Part shown: positions 47,082 through 57,149 of the stretch, piece after piece
How positions within the stretch are numbered: the first letter of the stretch is position 1
Layout of the letters: every line of letters starts with the position of its first letter
Assembly: GCA_965221775.1 (NCBI GenBank)
Contig: CBDCSU010000006.1
Location: forward strand, 1,248,001 to 1,312,000
DNA from: Candidatus Latescibacterota bacterium
Lineage (GTDB): Bacteria > Latescibacterota > UBA2968 > UBA8231
Length of the DNA stretch: 64,000 nucleotides
Direction of reading: 5' to 3'
The notes under the pieces: generated by a model
Database searches by the model: none
What the model saw: only the letters and a program-made list of their open reading frames with translations
Told to the model about the DNA's origin: nothing
Position numbers and translations under genes: made by a program

Positions 47082-50000
47082 ATGCGGTACATCACGCGCA
47101 TCCATCTCTCGGACTGCGGCTGGCACGAGGCCTACTACCCCGGGACCACCATCGAGCTTGCCGACCCCCGGACCGGAGAGCCCAGGCACACGGTGTTCAG
47201 CCTGGAGAACACCGGCGGGAAGACCTCCTTCCTGGCGCTCGTCCTGAGCTGCTTCGATCCAAGCGAACGGCGGTTCCTGAAGACCCTGATCCGCCCCAAC
47301 CAGAAGTTCGGCGACTATTTCGGCGACGTACCTGCGTTCATCCTCGTGGAATGGGACTTCTCCGGCGGTCAGACAGGCTTTCTGGATGCGCAACGCCTGG
47401 TCACTGGTCAACTGGTGGTTCCGCGGGGGGAGGGTCGGCAGCGAGAACTCGACCGACACTTCTTCGCATTTCGAAGCGCTCCGAGTCTCACACTCGACGA
47501 CATCCCGGCGCCTGGTCTCCGGGGATTTGAGGAGCAGGGCCGGCTCAAGGGGCATCAGGATGTACAGCGCTGGCTCCACACGATACGTTCGAGCCATCCC
47601 GGCCAGTTTCAGGCCTTCGGCAAGCAGTCGGATTGGAAGCGCAGGCTCGCCGAAGAGAAGATCGACACCGAACTACTGGCCGCCCAAGTCGAGTTCAACC
47701 GAAGCGAGGGGGGCATCGAAGACTTCCTGAACTTCCGCAGCGAATCCCAGTTCATGCGGAAGTTCCTGGCGATGACGGTACCGGAAGCGGAGGCCGGCCC
47801 GGTGCGGGCGGTGCTCGTCGAGCATGTCGGCAAGCTCGCGGACTTGCCACGTCTGCAACAGCGCCGGAACGCGATGTGCCAGTTGAAGGAACGATTCGCC
47901 CCGTTCGTGGAAATCGCCGGTGCGGCACAGGCAGCGCAGAAGGACGTCTCGCAGCGAATCGGCATTGCTGCCGGCCTCAAGGCGGCGCTGGAGGAGTATG
48001 GAGCCCAAGCATTGCAGCGGGCGGAGGCACTTTCCGAACAGGCGCGCGCACATCAGACCGCCGCAAGTCAAGCCGAGGATGCATGCAGGAAGGCGCGAGT
48101 CGAGTACGCTTCCGCGATGGTCGAGATGGCACGTAGCCGGCACGAGTCCGCCCAAGGACTGGCCACGACCCGCGAGAAAGAGCTGGAGCAGGCTAAGTCG
48201 CGCAGGAAACTTGCTTATGGTGCAGTGCTAATGCGGGAGATCCTCGACGACCGCGCGCGAAGCGAGTCGCTTCGGGAGGCGATCGATGAGGCGCACGCCG
48301 ACCTCCAGCCACGTCGCGACGCGCTTCGGAGCATGGGCGCCGACCTCGAATCGACGCTCAACCGACGCGCTACGGCGATGCGAGAACGACAGCGGTCCCT
48401 GACGGCCGACGCCGCGAAGTCAGAGGCAGCGGCACGGGAGGCCGAAGAACAGCGAGCGGCCAATGACCAAAGTGCCCAGACGGAGCGGCGGAAGATAGCC
48501 GCCATCGACGTGGACCTCGGCCACGCGCGCGAATTCCGTGCGCAGTTGGAAGAGGACGAGGGGGTTCTTGGAGCCGGGGAAAGCGCCGAGGCGGCATCCA
48601 ATCGCCATGCCGAAGCCGCGAGAACGGTCCGAGATGAAGCTGACGATCTGCGCCGTCAGGCCGATGAGAAGGACGAGGCTACCCGGGCCCACCGTAATCT
48701 TCAGGGCGATCTCAAGGCCGAGCGATCCCGTACTGCAAGCGAGATCGGATCCTTGCAGGAAACCGTTCGGGAAGGAGACGAGAATCGCCGTTCTCTGGCC
48801 CTTGATTCGACCATTCTTGAGCTGACCGGCGAGAGTGACGTCGACCCCGATTCGGAAGCGGTCGACCGGGTGCTCGCGGATTCCAAGCGCAAGGACGCCG
48901 CCACGCTGCGCGACAGCGAACGGCGGCAGGAACTGCTCGAAGCCGATCGCGAGTCCCTCGAAGCCACCGGACTCGCCTCAATCGACAAGAACGTACGCGC
49001 CGTCACCGAACTCCTCCGAGCCTCCGGGATGCCGGACGCGCAGCCATATGTCACCTACCTGTCCGAGATTCTGCGAATGCCCGACCGCGTGCGCCGTTTT
49101 GCCGAGCTCGACCCCGCTCGGTTCGCCGGCGTTGCAGTCCCCAATCGGAACGCGCTGAACGAGGCGCGCCGGGTGCTTCAGTCCGCACCGCCTCTGAGCC
49201 GGCCGGTGACCGTGGCGATTGCCCAGGACGTACCCGGCGAGGAACCGGGGGACCGGTTCGTCCTGCCGGTCGACGAGCCGGCCGCCTACGACCGCGGGGC
49301 CGCCGAGGAGTTGCAGCGACGCATCGAGGACGATCTCGCCCGAATCGGGAAATCGAGCGACACAGTACGGAGGCGGTTGGAGGGAGTGGAGTCCACGCTT
49401 CAGAACTTGAATACCTGGCGCGAACGGTTCGGCGGCGGTCGGCTTGACGCAATGCGACAGTCCATTACGAAGAGTGAGGTGCGCAACGAGGAAATCGGAG
49501 CCGAACTCGACGCTCTGTCGAAGCGGATCGAAACCGATGAGGGCGATGCCAGGCTTTGCCGTGACCGTGCTCGGGAACGCGACAAGCACGCCCACACCTG
49601 CTCTGAACGTGCCCGCCGTGCCGGTGAGCATCACACGCAGTGGGAGTCGCGCCTAGAGGGTTGGCAGTTGGAGCGCCTTCGCCACGAGCAAGCGGCGCAA
49701 GCCGCCGAGGCGTGCGCCGGGGAATGGCAAGCGAAGCGGGTCTTGTTGGAGGGCGAAGCCCGCACTTGCGAACAGGACGCGAAGGAGGAGGCGAGTCGGG
49801 CCGCAGACCTGGAACGCGAGACCGTAGACATCGAGTACAGGGCAGCCGGCGGACGGATATCCGAGGATCTTGATGCCCTGCGCCGCGACTACGGGCAGCA
49901 CCTGGATACGTTGAAGAACCTGGAGCAGGAGCGGGTCGACCGTCTGCTCGGGCAGCAACAGGAGATCCAACGGGCTCTGGACGGGAAGGAAGACCGCTTC

Positions 50001-51461
50001 GGACAGGAGTTCGGCGAACTCGACCGAACGAAGGTCGAAGCCGAAGCCGCGCGTGACGGTGCTTTAGAGGCTGCCGCCTCCGCTGATGCAGAGCTCGAGA
50101 CGGCGCTTGCGAATACTTCGATCGCCCGAGCCGATGCAGAAGGCGCGGAGAGAGAGTACCGCTCCGAGAGAGACGGGCGCGCTGCAGACATCAAGCCGGA
50201 CGCCTTTGTTGATCTCACCGCTCACGAACCAGAGGACTTGGCCGGCATCGCGTCGCGGGCAGAGGAGACCATTCTCCACCAAGACGCCCTACGAGCACGC
50301 GAGGCGCAGGCGGCTGAAGGGATGCGCCAGGAGACGGAACGGAACGAACGCACCGTGAAGGAGTACATGAACTGGTCCGCTACGCTGGATGGCGTGCTGC
50401 AAGGCGAGTCCGTCTCACCGGAACGGATCGAACTCCCAGTTCATGAAGAGGTAGCGCCCCTCGTCAGCGACACCGTCTCCGGTCTCGTCCAGTCTCAGGA
50501 TGCGAAGAACGAAGCGCAGACGCGCGTCTACGGCAGCTACGACGAAATCCGGAAGTTCGTGAACTCCCACGCTTTCATCCGGCTCGAAGGTGAGCGCGAG
50601 GTCGCCGTGCAACTAACCGAAAGCGATCCTCTGGCCGCCGCCGCCAACGCACCCCGAACGGCGGGGCTGATCGACGATCGCCTGAAGAGCATCGAGCACG
50701 ACCTCTCACGACTCGACGAGGATCTCCAGGCGTGCATCGATGAGCTGGACCATCTATTGCGTACGGCCTTGCATATCGTGCGGCGGATGGTCCGCGACGG
50801 ACGGATTCCGGGCGATGTACCACGATTCGGCGGCCAGCCGGTGTTCCGCATCGGTGCCGACCTCTCCCGTATCCCCGCCACCCAACGCAGGGAGATTCTG
50901 CGCAGCTACATCACCGATCTGGCGGAGGACGACCGCGTACCGGAAAGGGGTCAGGACATCGCCGCGGAGATGGTCGAACGCATGACATGGGCCTTGGGCA
51001 GGAATACGCTTGGCATCCGACTCCTCAAGCCGAAAGGCGAGGGAGACACCGAGCACATGCCGATCGAGCGCGTGACCGTTTCCGGCGGAGAGCTGCTCAC
51101 CGCGGCGATGATGATCTACCTCGTGATCGCGAGGCTGCGGGCAGATGCAATGCATGAAGGCACGGGGGAAGCCGGCGTGCTCATCCTCGACAACCCGCTG
51201 GGAAAGGCCAACAAGGCGCTGCTGTTGAAGACCCAGATCGGACTCGCGGACGCGATGGGAATCCAGCTCTTTTTCGCGACTGGCGTTCAGGACACGAGCG
51301 CGCTTGCTGCATTCGAGAACATCGTGAGGCTGCGCCGCAACCGGCAGTCCCGAGCCTCGCGGCGGATCCATGTGGAGATAGAGGCGATGCACGCGCACAT
51401 CGATAGAAACACCGACGGGGACCCCACGGCGGCTGCCCCGGTCGAGCCCGCCGCCGACTAG
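47082..51461 (+). CDS. jetC: Wadjet JetC SMC-like ATPase
   Basis: N-terminal Walker A LENTGGKT, very long coiled coils, ABC signature VSGGE, Walker B/D-loop VLILDNPLG. Confidence 0.85.
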   Translation: MRYITRIHLSDCGWHEAYYPGTTIELADPRTGEPRHTVFSLENTGGKTSFLALVLSCFDPSERRFLKTLIRPNQKFGDYFGDVPAFILVEWDFSGGQTGFLDAQRLVTGQLVVPRGEGRQRELDRHFFAFRSAPSLTLDDIPAPGLRGFEEQGRLKGHQDVQRWLHTIRSSHPGQFQAFGKQSDWKRRLAEEKIDTELLAAQVEFNRSEGGIEDFLNFRSESQFMRKFLAMTVPEAEAGPVRAVLVEHVGKLADLPRLQQRRNAMCQLKERFAPFVEIAGAAQAAQKDVSQRIGIAAGLKAALEEYGAQALQRAEALSEQARAHQTAASQAEDACRKARVEYASAMVEMARSRHESAQGLATTREKELEQAKSRRKLAYGAVLMREILDDRARSESLREAIDEAHADLQPRRDALRSMGADLESTLNRRATAMRERQRSLTADAAKSEAAAREAEEQRAANDQSAQTERRKIAAIDVDLGHAREFRAQLEEDEGVLGAGESAEAASNRHAEAARTVRDEADDLRRQADEKDEATRAHRNLQGDLKAERSRTASEIGSLQETVREGDENRRSLALDSTILELTGESDVDPDSEAVDRVLADSKRKDAATLRDSERRQELLEADRESLEATGLASIDKNVRAVTELLRASGMPDAQPYVTYLSEILRMPDRVRRFAELDPARFAGVAVPNRNALNEARRVLQSAPPLSRPVTVAIAQDVPGEEPGDRFVLPVDEPAAYDRGAAEELQRRIEDDLARIGKSSDTVRRRLEGVESTLQNLNTWRERFGGGRLDAMRQSITKSEVRNEEIGAELDALSKRIETDEGDARLCRDRARERDKHAHTCSERARRAGEHHTQWESRLEGWQLERLRHEQAAQAAEACAGEWQAKRVLLEGEARTCEQDAKEEASRAADLERETVDIEYRAAGGRISEDLDALRRDYGQHLDTLKNLEQERVDRLLGQQQEIQRALDGKEDRFGQEFGELDRTKVEAEAARDGALEAAASADAELETALANTSIARADAEGAEREYRSERDGRAADIKPDAFVDLTAHEPEDLAGIASRAEETILHQDALRAREAQAAEGMRQETERNERTVKEYMNWSATLDGVLQGESVSPERIELPVHEEVAPLVSDTVSGLVQSQDAKNEAQTRVYGSYDEIRKFVNSHAFIRLEGEREVAVQLTESDPLAAAANAPRTAGLIDDRLKSIEHDLSRLDEDLQACIDELDHLLRTALHIVRRMVRDGRIPGDVPRFGGQPVFRIGADLSRIPATQRREILRSYITDLAEDDRVPERGQDIAAEMVERMTWALGRNTLGIRLLKPKGEGDTEHMPIERVTVSGGELLTAAMMIYLVIARLRADAMHEGTGEAGVLILDNPLGKANKALLLKTQIGLADAMGIQLFFATGVQDTSALAAFENIVRLRRNRQSRASRRIHVEIEAMHAHIDRNTDGDPTAAAPVEPAAD

Positions 51462-51462
51462 C

Positions 51463-52503
51463 GTGCCCACCTTCGAAGAAGCGCTCCTCGCGCTCGGCAA
51501 GCGCCGGATACGCTTGCCCGAGCTTCAGGACGCATATCTTCGCGCCCACCCGGACGCCATCCATGCGCCGGACCTGCGCCGGCTTCTCCTCGACGCGCTG
51601 CGCAGGCTGAAGCGAGACGAAGTGGCCGACCTTCCGGCACAGGGTCGGGGATGGGACAGGTCCGGTTCTCCCGCACTTCCTCGGACTGTGAGCCTCCGCG
51701 ATGTGGCTCGCTCCCGGCGTTCTCCAGAGGCGCACGCCTGGCTGCCGGCTCTTGCCTTCGCGGCGGACGAACGCCATCCCGTCCGCCGGGCGGACCTCCA
51801 AGCCATCAACGCATTCCTCGTGTCCGCCCGTGGCAAAAGCCTCACCCCGGTGCCGACGCGGGAGCGCTCACTGCAGATCTTCAGGAACGAGAAGCGCCTC
51901 GATGACATCCGCAAGGGTGAACCAACCCTCTTCGATGGACGCATCTCGCTCGACGATCTCCACTGCTATTCGGTCGCGCCACCGCTGCCGTACGAAACGC
52001 CTGACAGCCCTTCGCCCGGGCGGCCCGTGCTCGTGCTGGAGAACTATCACTCCTACGACAGCTTCCAGCGTTGGAACCGGGAGGCGGCGCTGTACGCCGC
52101 AGTCGCTTACGGTGGCGGCAATGCGTTCAGGCAGGGAGCCGGCAATCTCGACGAACTGATCGCTCGCACGGCCGCCGATGGCGCCTTCTATGTCGGTGAC
52201 CTGGATCCCACCGGAGTCGACATACTGCTCGGGGTCAACGCCCGTCGACGGGCAGATCGCCGATCAACAGTGCAACCCCATTGCGCCCTCTATCGATGGC
52301 TGCTGGCCCACGGTTGCCGGCGGCCGTTGGACAAGGCACCCAGGGACGGCTTGGCCGCCCGTGTCCGGGAGCTGTTTCCTGCCGACATCGCCAGTGCGCT
52401 TGGGGAACTGTGGGCTGCAGGATTGTGCATCCCGCAGGAGAGCTTTGGCCTTGAACAGCTCCGTGGCGAGGAGGCGGCGATAGCCAGCCCAGAGGCCGCC
52501 TGA
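51463..52503 (+). CDS. jetD: Wadjet JetD Toprim (topoisomerase VI-A-like) nuclease
   Basis: RERSLQIF.NEK.L, Toprim glutamate in VLENYHSY, YGGGN, DxD in YVGDLDPTG. Confidence 0.82.
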   Translation: MPTFEEALLALGKRRIRLPELQDAYLRAHPDAIHAPDLRRLLLDALRRLKRDEVADLPAQGRGWDRSGSPALPRTVSLRDVARSRRSPEAHAWLPALAFAADERHPVRRADLQAINAFLVSARGKSLTPVPTRERSLQIFRNEKRLDDIRKGEPTLFDGRISLDDLHCYSVAPPLPYETPDSPSPGRPVLVLENYHSYDSFQRWNREAALYAAVAYGGGNAFRQGAGNLDELIARTAADGAFYVGDLDPTGVDILLGVNARRRADRRSTVQPHCALYRWLLAHGCRRPLDKAPRDGLAARVRELFPADIASALGELWAAGLCIPQESFGLEQLRGEEAAIASPEAA

Positions 52504-52729
52504 ACCACCCAGGGGACGCTTGTTGATTCCACTGTTGGGAAACCCGCGAAGCCCCGCATACCTCCGGGTTGGTGTCCCTCCGGCTCCATCCTCATTACCG
52601 TGACACAGGACAAGCGCACGTCCGCCGGATGCCGTCGCGTCTCAGACGATGCTCGCGTCATCGTCCACTATCACGCTGTCAGTGGACAGCGGCTACGGTA
52701 ACCCCAAGAAGCCCTCGAAGGTGGTGATG

Positions 52730-53470
52730 TCATTGCCTACCTGAGAGTTCAAGGACGTTTTCGATGGGAATCTCCGCGAGCACATCCAACGTCTCTATTT
52801 TGGTAGAGTTCAATCGTCCATCGCCAATAAAGCACTCTATGTGACTCTCGAAAAAACTAGATACACTGCGACTGTACAAGTCGAATATATCCTTTGACTT
52901 TAGCGTTGATACGGCAACTGCCGGGAAGATTCTAATGCCCTTCGTCTTGGAGTAGACCCACACGAAGGAATCCGGAGTTCTAAGAAGCATCGTCTCGCAC
53001 TGGGCTTGGAGTCGGTCCCAGTCCTTAAACACCCGTCCGGGCTCGGCTCGTTTTGCTTGTGCCAGAAACCCCTTGACCACACGGAATTGAGGCATGTCGA
53101 TGTCGACGATTCCCATCAAGTCGGCACCATGCCGCTTTTCTTCCGCGGCGATGCCCGAACCTGTTCTCAGGCTACGAGCTGTCCAATTGATGCGCTGCAG
53201 AACAGGGTGCGGCGCCTCTGCATCATCTCCTTCGACGAGTCGATCTGATGCACCGGTGGCACCCAGTGGAGAAGTCGCACCTCTGTCATATGGCCGAGCT
53301 TCGCCATCTGGGCGCTTGCCTCCAATGCGATCTTCGATTGCTCCAATGATACGCTCTGTAATTTTCGGTTCTTCGGTAACACGTCCATCCCGGTAGGCGT
53401 TGAGCGCTCCATCCGCGGCGCTGGAAATCTCACGCGCAACTTCTCTTACGCCCCCAAAGTACCTAATCAC
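52730..53470 (-). CDS. Putative PD-(D/E)xK restriction-endonuclease-fold protein
   Basis: EPKIT, EKRHGADL, GFLAQAK (D...QxK), LQAQCETML; lower GC than the flanks. Confidence 0.6.
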   Translation of the reverse strand: MIRYFGGVREVAREISSAADGALNAYRDGRVTEEPKITERIIGAIEDRIGGKRPDGEARPYDRGATSPLGATGASDRLVEGDDAEAPHPVLQRINWTARSLRTGSGIAAEEKRHGADLMGIVDIDMPQFRVVKGFLAQAKRAEPGRVFKDWDRLQAQCETMLLRTPDSFVWVYSKTKGIRIFPAVAVSTLKSKDIFDLYSRSVSSFFESHIECFIGDGRLNSTKIETLDVLAEIPIENVLELSGRQ

Positions 53471-53708
53471 TTTCCATTCTTCCTTGGTCGAAGATCCGAT
53501 TGTAGAGACATGAAAGGAGGGCTGGACCTCCCGGCAATTCTACCAACCACGAAGGCCCTGGCAAGTACGGCAGCCGCGCGGGGCCCCAAAACACGGATGG
53601 CACGATGCTATTGTCGAGCAAGGTTTGGGTCACTTCTTCGTAGGTAGTGATTCCCGGCCATCTGCGACTGCCTTGTATCCGAGTGGCTGCTCCTTGGTCG
53701 ACCCCAGC

Positions 53709-54456
53709 TCAGTCCACCAAGGGCGTGAAGTCCTCGCTGCTCATTGGTTCGTGCCTACTCCAACAGCCACGCATCTCAATCAATACCCGCTGCTTCGGCA
53801 GGACAGTCTCAGGGTTAACCCGCACCACCCTCGCCCCATAGCTACCAGGCCCTTCGGCCATCGCCGCCACCAGATCTGCCACCAGGTAACGCGGCGCCCA
53901 TCCGATCATGCAGTAGTCATGCGTCTGCATCTGCAGGGCGAACCCGGTCGCCGGATTGCTCAGCTCCAGCGTGACATACAGATCTTCTCCCTGCTCAAGG
54001 CGGTCAATACGCTCTTTGGCCGCGTCACTGATGTGTGGCCACCCATGCAGGAAGTACCGGCAAGAGAGGCTCCCGCTGCTGTCTTTCTCGATCTTCGGAA
54101 AGACCTCGTATGCGTCGGTGACGCGCTGGCCACCACTTGTGGACAGGATCTCAATTGGGGTCGGCTTCCTCGGTCAGGTCCAGCCTTTGGAGATAATCGG
54201 CAAAGTCCGGTCTTGCCGGATTCATGACCCGGTTCTGGAATAGCGGGAACAGCTCCGCGGATTGGTAATCTCCCTCCAAATCGGGGAAATCAATCAAGGG
54301 AAGGAATCCCACCTCCTCTTGCGCTCGCTTTGCGCCGCCAATGTAGCGAAAGCGATAGCACGACTCTTCGACACCAGCATCCAGCCGACCCACGGGATAC
54401 CACGCCTTGCTGGGCTTCCTGTCCTGCCAAGCCAGAAACAGGGTCCTCGTGCTCAT
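53709..54456 (-). pseudogene. HIRAN-domain protein of the type normally paired with HipA-like kinases, broken by a one-base frameshift
   Basis: LFLAWQD..WYPVGRL..YRFRY..FPDL..Y.S.ELFPLFQNRVM..RPDF stops at 54151; the next frame continues EILSTSGGQRVTDAYEVFP..FLHG..NP..MIGWAPRYL to a stop at 53709; extra base in the G4 run near 54157-54160; span is 3n+1. Confidence 0.75.
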
Positions 54457-54547
54457 TGAAACAGCTCCTGCAATTGTGCAACTTCCGGCCTGAAGGTCAT
54501 CCAATCCGTGGCCAACCCGATTTCACCAAGTCCTCTACAAGATCCCC

Positions 54548-55972
54548 TCACGACACAGCCGGCCGCCACTGCACCCACGGCCGCGCCTCCTCGAAAGCCG
54601 CGGACGCCGCCAGCACCGTCTCCTCGTCGAACCTCCGCCCGATGATCTGCAACCCAATGGGCAGCCCATCCGCTGAAAGCCCCGCGGGCACCGATGCGGC
54701 AGGATGCCCGATGGCGTTGGCGTGCATGGTGAAGGCCCCGTTCCAGTACTGCACGGGGTAGGACGAGTCCCCGGTGATGCTGCCGGGGAAGGTCTCGTTG
54801 GGGAAGGCGGGGAAGCAGGAGACAGGCGACAGGATGAGGTCGCAGGTCTCGAAGGCGTCGTCGAAGGTGGCCTTGAGCTCGGCGATGCGGCCCTCGGCGC
54901 GCATGTAGTCCTCGGTGGTGACCCGCGATCCCATCTCGATGAAGAAGCGGGCGAACTCGGTCATGCGGTCGCCGTACTCGTCGAGGTACTGGCCGAGGCT
55001 GTTGTACACACCCGCCGCCTGCATCGGCCCGAAGGAGTCGTACGGCTCGGGGAGGACCATCTCCACCCCCTCGACGGAGCATCCCAGCTCCTCGAAGACC
55101 CTGGCGGCCTTGCTGGTTACGTCGACGACCTCGGGCCGGACGGGGGCAAAGCCGAAGTCGGGGGTCCAGCCGATGCGCAGGCCGTCGATGGCGCGCCCGG
55201 TGGCGGCGACAAAGTCGGGGGGACTCCTCCGAATGGAAGCCTGGTCCCGCCGGTCGAATCCCGCCATGACCTGCAGCAGGATCGCGGCGTCGCGCACCGT
55301 TCGCGTCAGGGGGCCCGACTGCGAGAAGATGCTCGGCAGAGGAGGCCCGCCGAGTCCGGTGTAGCCGGAGACGCGGCCCTGTGTCGGCTTGAGGGTGTAG
55401 ATGCCGCAGAAGTTGGCGGGGATGCGCAGGGATCCGCCGCCGTCGCTCCCGGTCGCCACCGGGCACAGGCCGGCCGCCACGGCGGCGGCGGCCCCACCGC
55501 TCGATCCTCCAGGGGTCCTGTCGGTGTTCCACGGGTTGCGTCCGAGCACCCCCAGGGAGTTCTCGCAGGTCCCGACCATGCCGAACTCCGGGACGTTGGT
55601 CTTGCCCGGCATGACCGCCCCGGCCTTCAGCACGCGCTCGACGACGGCGGCGTTCCGCTCCGGCACGCGATCCTGAAAGACCACCGATCCCATGGTCGAA
55701 GGGACGCCGGCGGTCATCTGGGTGTCCTTGATCGGCACGGGGAGGCCGTGCAGGGGGCCGAGGTCGTCGCCGCGCATGACGGCATCCTCGGCGGCGCGGG
55801 CCTGCTGCATGGCGAGGTCCCGCGTCACGAGGAGGAAGGAGTTCAACTGTGGATCGAGGCGGTCGATGCGCTCGAAGAACATCCCCGCCAGCTCCACGGG
55901 CGAGACCTGCTTCGCCGCGATCAGCTCCAGCAGGTCGCTGGCGGGAGCGTATGCCAGCCCTTCGTCAACCAT
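54548..55972 (-). CDS. Amidase signature family (GatA-like) enzyme
   Basis: GPLHGLPVPIKD, GKTNVPEF, TPGGSSGG, GSDGGGSLRIPA, GLPIGLQIIG. Confidence 0.92.
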   Translation of the reverse strand: MVDEGLAYAPASDLLELIAAKQVSPVELAGMFFERIDRLDPQLNSFLLVTRDLAMQQARAAEDAVMRGDDLGPLHGLPVPIKDTQMTAGVPSTMGSVVFQDRVPERNAAVVERVLKAGAVMPGKTNVPEFGMVGTCENSLGVLGRNPWNTDRTPGGSSGGAAAAVAAGLCPVATGSDGGGSLRIPANFCGIYTLKPTQGRVSGYTGLGGPPLPSIFSQSGPLTRTVRDAAILLQVMAGFDRRDQASIRRSPPDFVAATGRAIDGLRIGWTPDFGFAPVRPEVVDVTSKAARVFEELGCSVEGVEMVLPEPYDSFGPMQAAGVYNSLGQYLDEYGDRMTEFARFFIEMGSRVTTEDYMRAEGRIAELKATFDDAFETCDLILSPVSCFPAFPNETFPGSITGDSSYPVQYWNGAFTMHANAIGHPAASVPAGLSADGLPIGLQIIGRRFDEETVLAASAAFEEARPWVQWRPAVS

Positions 55973-56148
55973 TGGGATCAGGCGCCTGGATCTTCGATGC
56001 CATTCAAGGATATGCCGCTTCTCTCCAGCCCGCCAAGGACCGCCAGGCCCTCGGCATCTCATCCTCCCTCGTCCTTGTGTTGCCGACGCCCGCCCCATGG
56101 CGCAGTTTGTGGCGCCGGAGTCCCCACCAGCCCGTGTCAGGTAGAGAG

Positions 56149-57138
56149 ATGAAGTACCGGACAAGGAATCCGCGGAGTGGGGTCTGCAGCCTGATGGCGA
56201 CAGCACTCGCCGCAAGTCTCATGTGGAGTTGTGGTGGCAGCGAGCGTCGACCGGATTCCAGATTGGTGACTCCCTCGCCGGGGGCGCAGACCAGTACGCC
56301 CTGGCACTTGACCAACGTGCATTTGTACTCCCAAGAGCAACCAAGGGACATTCAGTCCTATTGCACGACGTTCACGATCCGGGGGAGTGTACCGGATAGT
56401 GTCAATCTATACATATCGCCTTTCAACCAACAGATCAATCGGATAACCTGCTACGGAGGCGTACAGACGCGCATCGATGGCTCTACCGACAAGAGCCGCC
56501 TCCGGGATACCTTCACGCGGAGAGACAGAGGTGCCATTTTCTCCCGATGGATGGAGCGCAGTGTGGACGCGATCAGACAGGCACCCGGCGGCCTTGTCGC
56601 CTCCTTGGGCAACGAAGGGGACTTCATCAGCGTGCGCAACGACTTCACGTGGTCGGAGGGCACCTATCGCCTGTGTCTGCGCAAGTCCGACGTCGTCGAT
56701 GGAGAGCCACTTCCCGCCAACCATGACGCCGAAGAGATCGCCTATGGCTGGGGACGTTACGAGCATACCTGGGTGCGCATGGAGGCGACGGATCTGAGTA
56801 CGGGCCGAACGGCTTCCATCGGTGCGTTGGCATTCCCCGGAAGAACGCTCTCCTTGCGCAGAAGCAACATCATATTCGTTGAGATCTACGGTCACGGTGG
56901 GACCTTTGCCATCAGCGACGTCCCGGTGTTCAGCCTCTCTTTTCTGAACTTCCAGGTGGATGGGACCGACCAGCAGTACGACTATATTCAGGAGGTTCTT
57001 AATCCATTCTCATGGAATGCCACCGCCGCAGGGGTGGCACGGGCGAGCTACCTGAAAGACCAGGGTATCCTGCAGATCGATGTGGGAGAGGGTACTGGAG
57101 AGACGGGCCGAGTTGTCACAGAACTTCTGAGAAATTAG
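56149..57138 (+). CDS. Hypothetical lipoprotein, beta-rich
   Basis: Basic N-terminus, hydrophobic stretch and lipobox-like LMWS-C; lower GC3 than neighbours. Confidence 0.6.
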   Translation: MKYRTRNPRSGVCSLMATALAASLMWSCGGSERRPDSRLVTPSPGAQTSTPWHLTNVHLYSQEQPRDIQSYCTTFTIRGSVPDSVNLYISPFNQQINRITCYGGVQTRIDGSTDKSRLRDTFTRRDRGAIFSRWMERSVDAIRQAPGGLVASLGNEGDFISVRNDFTWSEGTYRLCLRKSDVVDGEPLPANHDAEEIAYGWGRYEHTWVRMEATDLSTGRTASIGALAFPGRTLSLRRSNIIFVEIYGHGGTFAISDVPVFSLSFLNFQVDGTDQQYDYIQEVLNPFSWNATAAGVARASYLKDQGILQIDVGEGTGETGRVVTELLRN

Positions 57139-57149
57139 AGGGGGGAACC

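Noticed and set aside
44890-54547. Possible integrative element or prophage carrying the defence island
   Set aside because: No integrase, transposase, tRNA target or flanking att repeats were recognised
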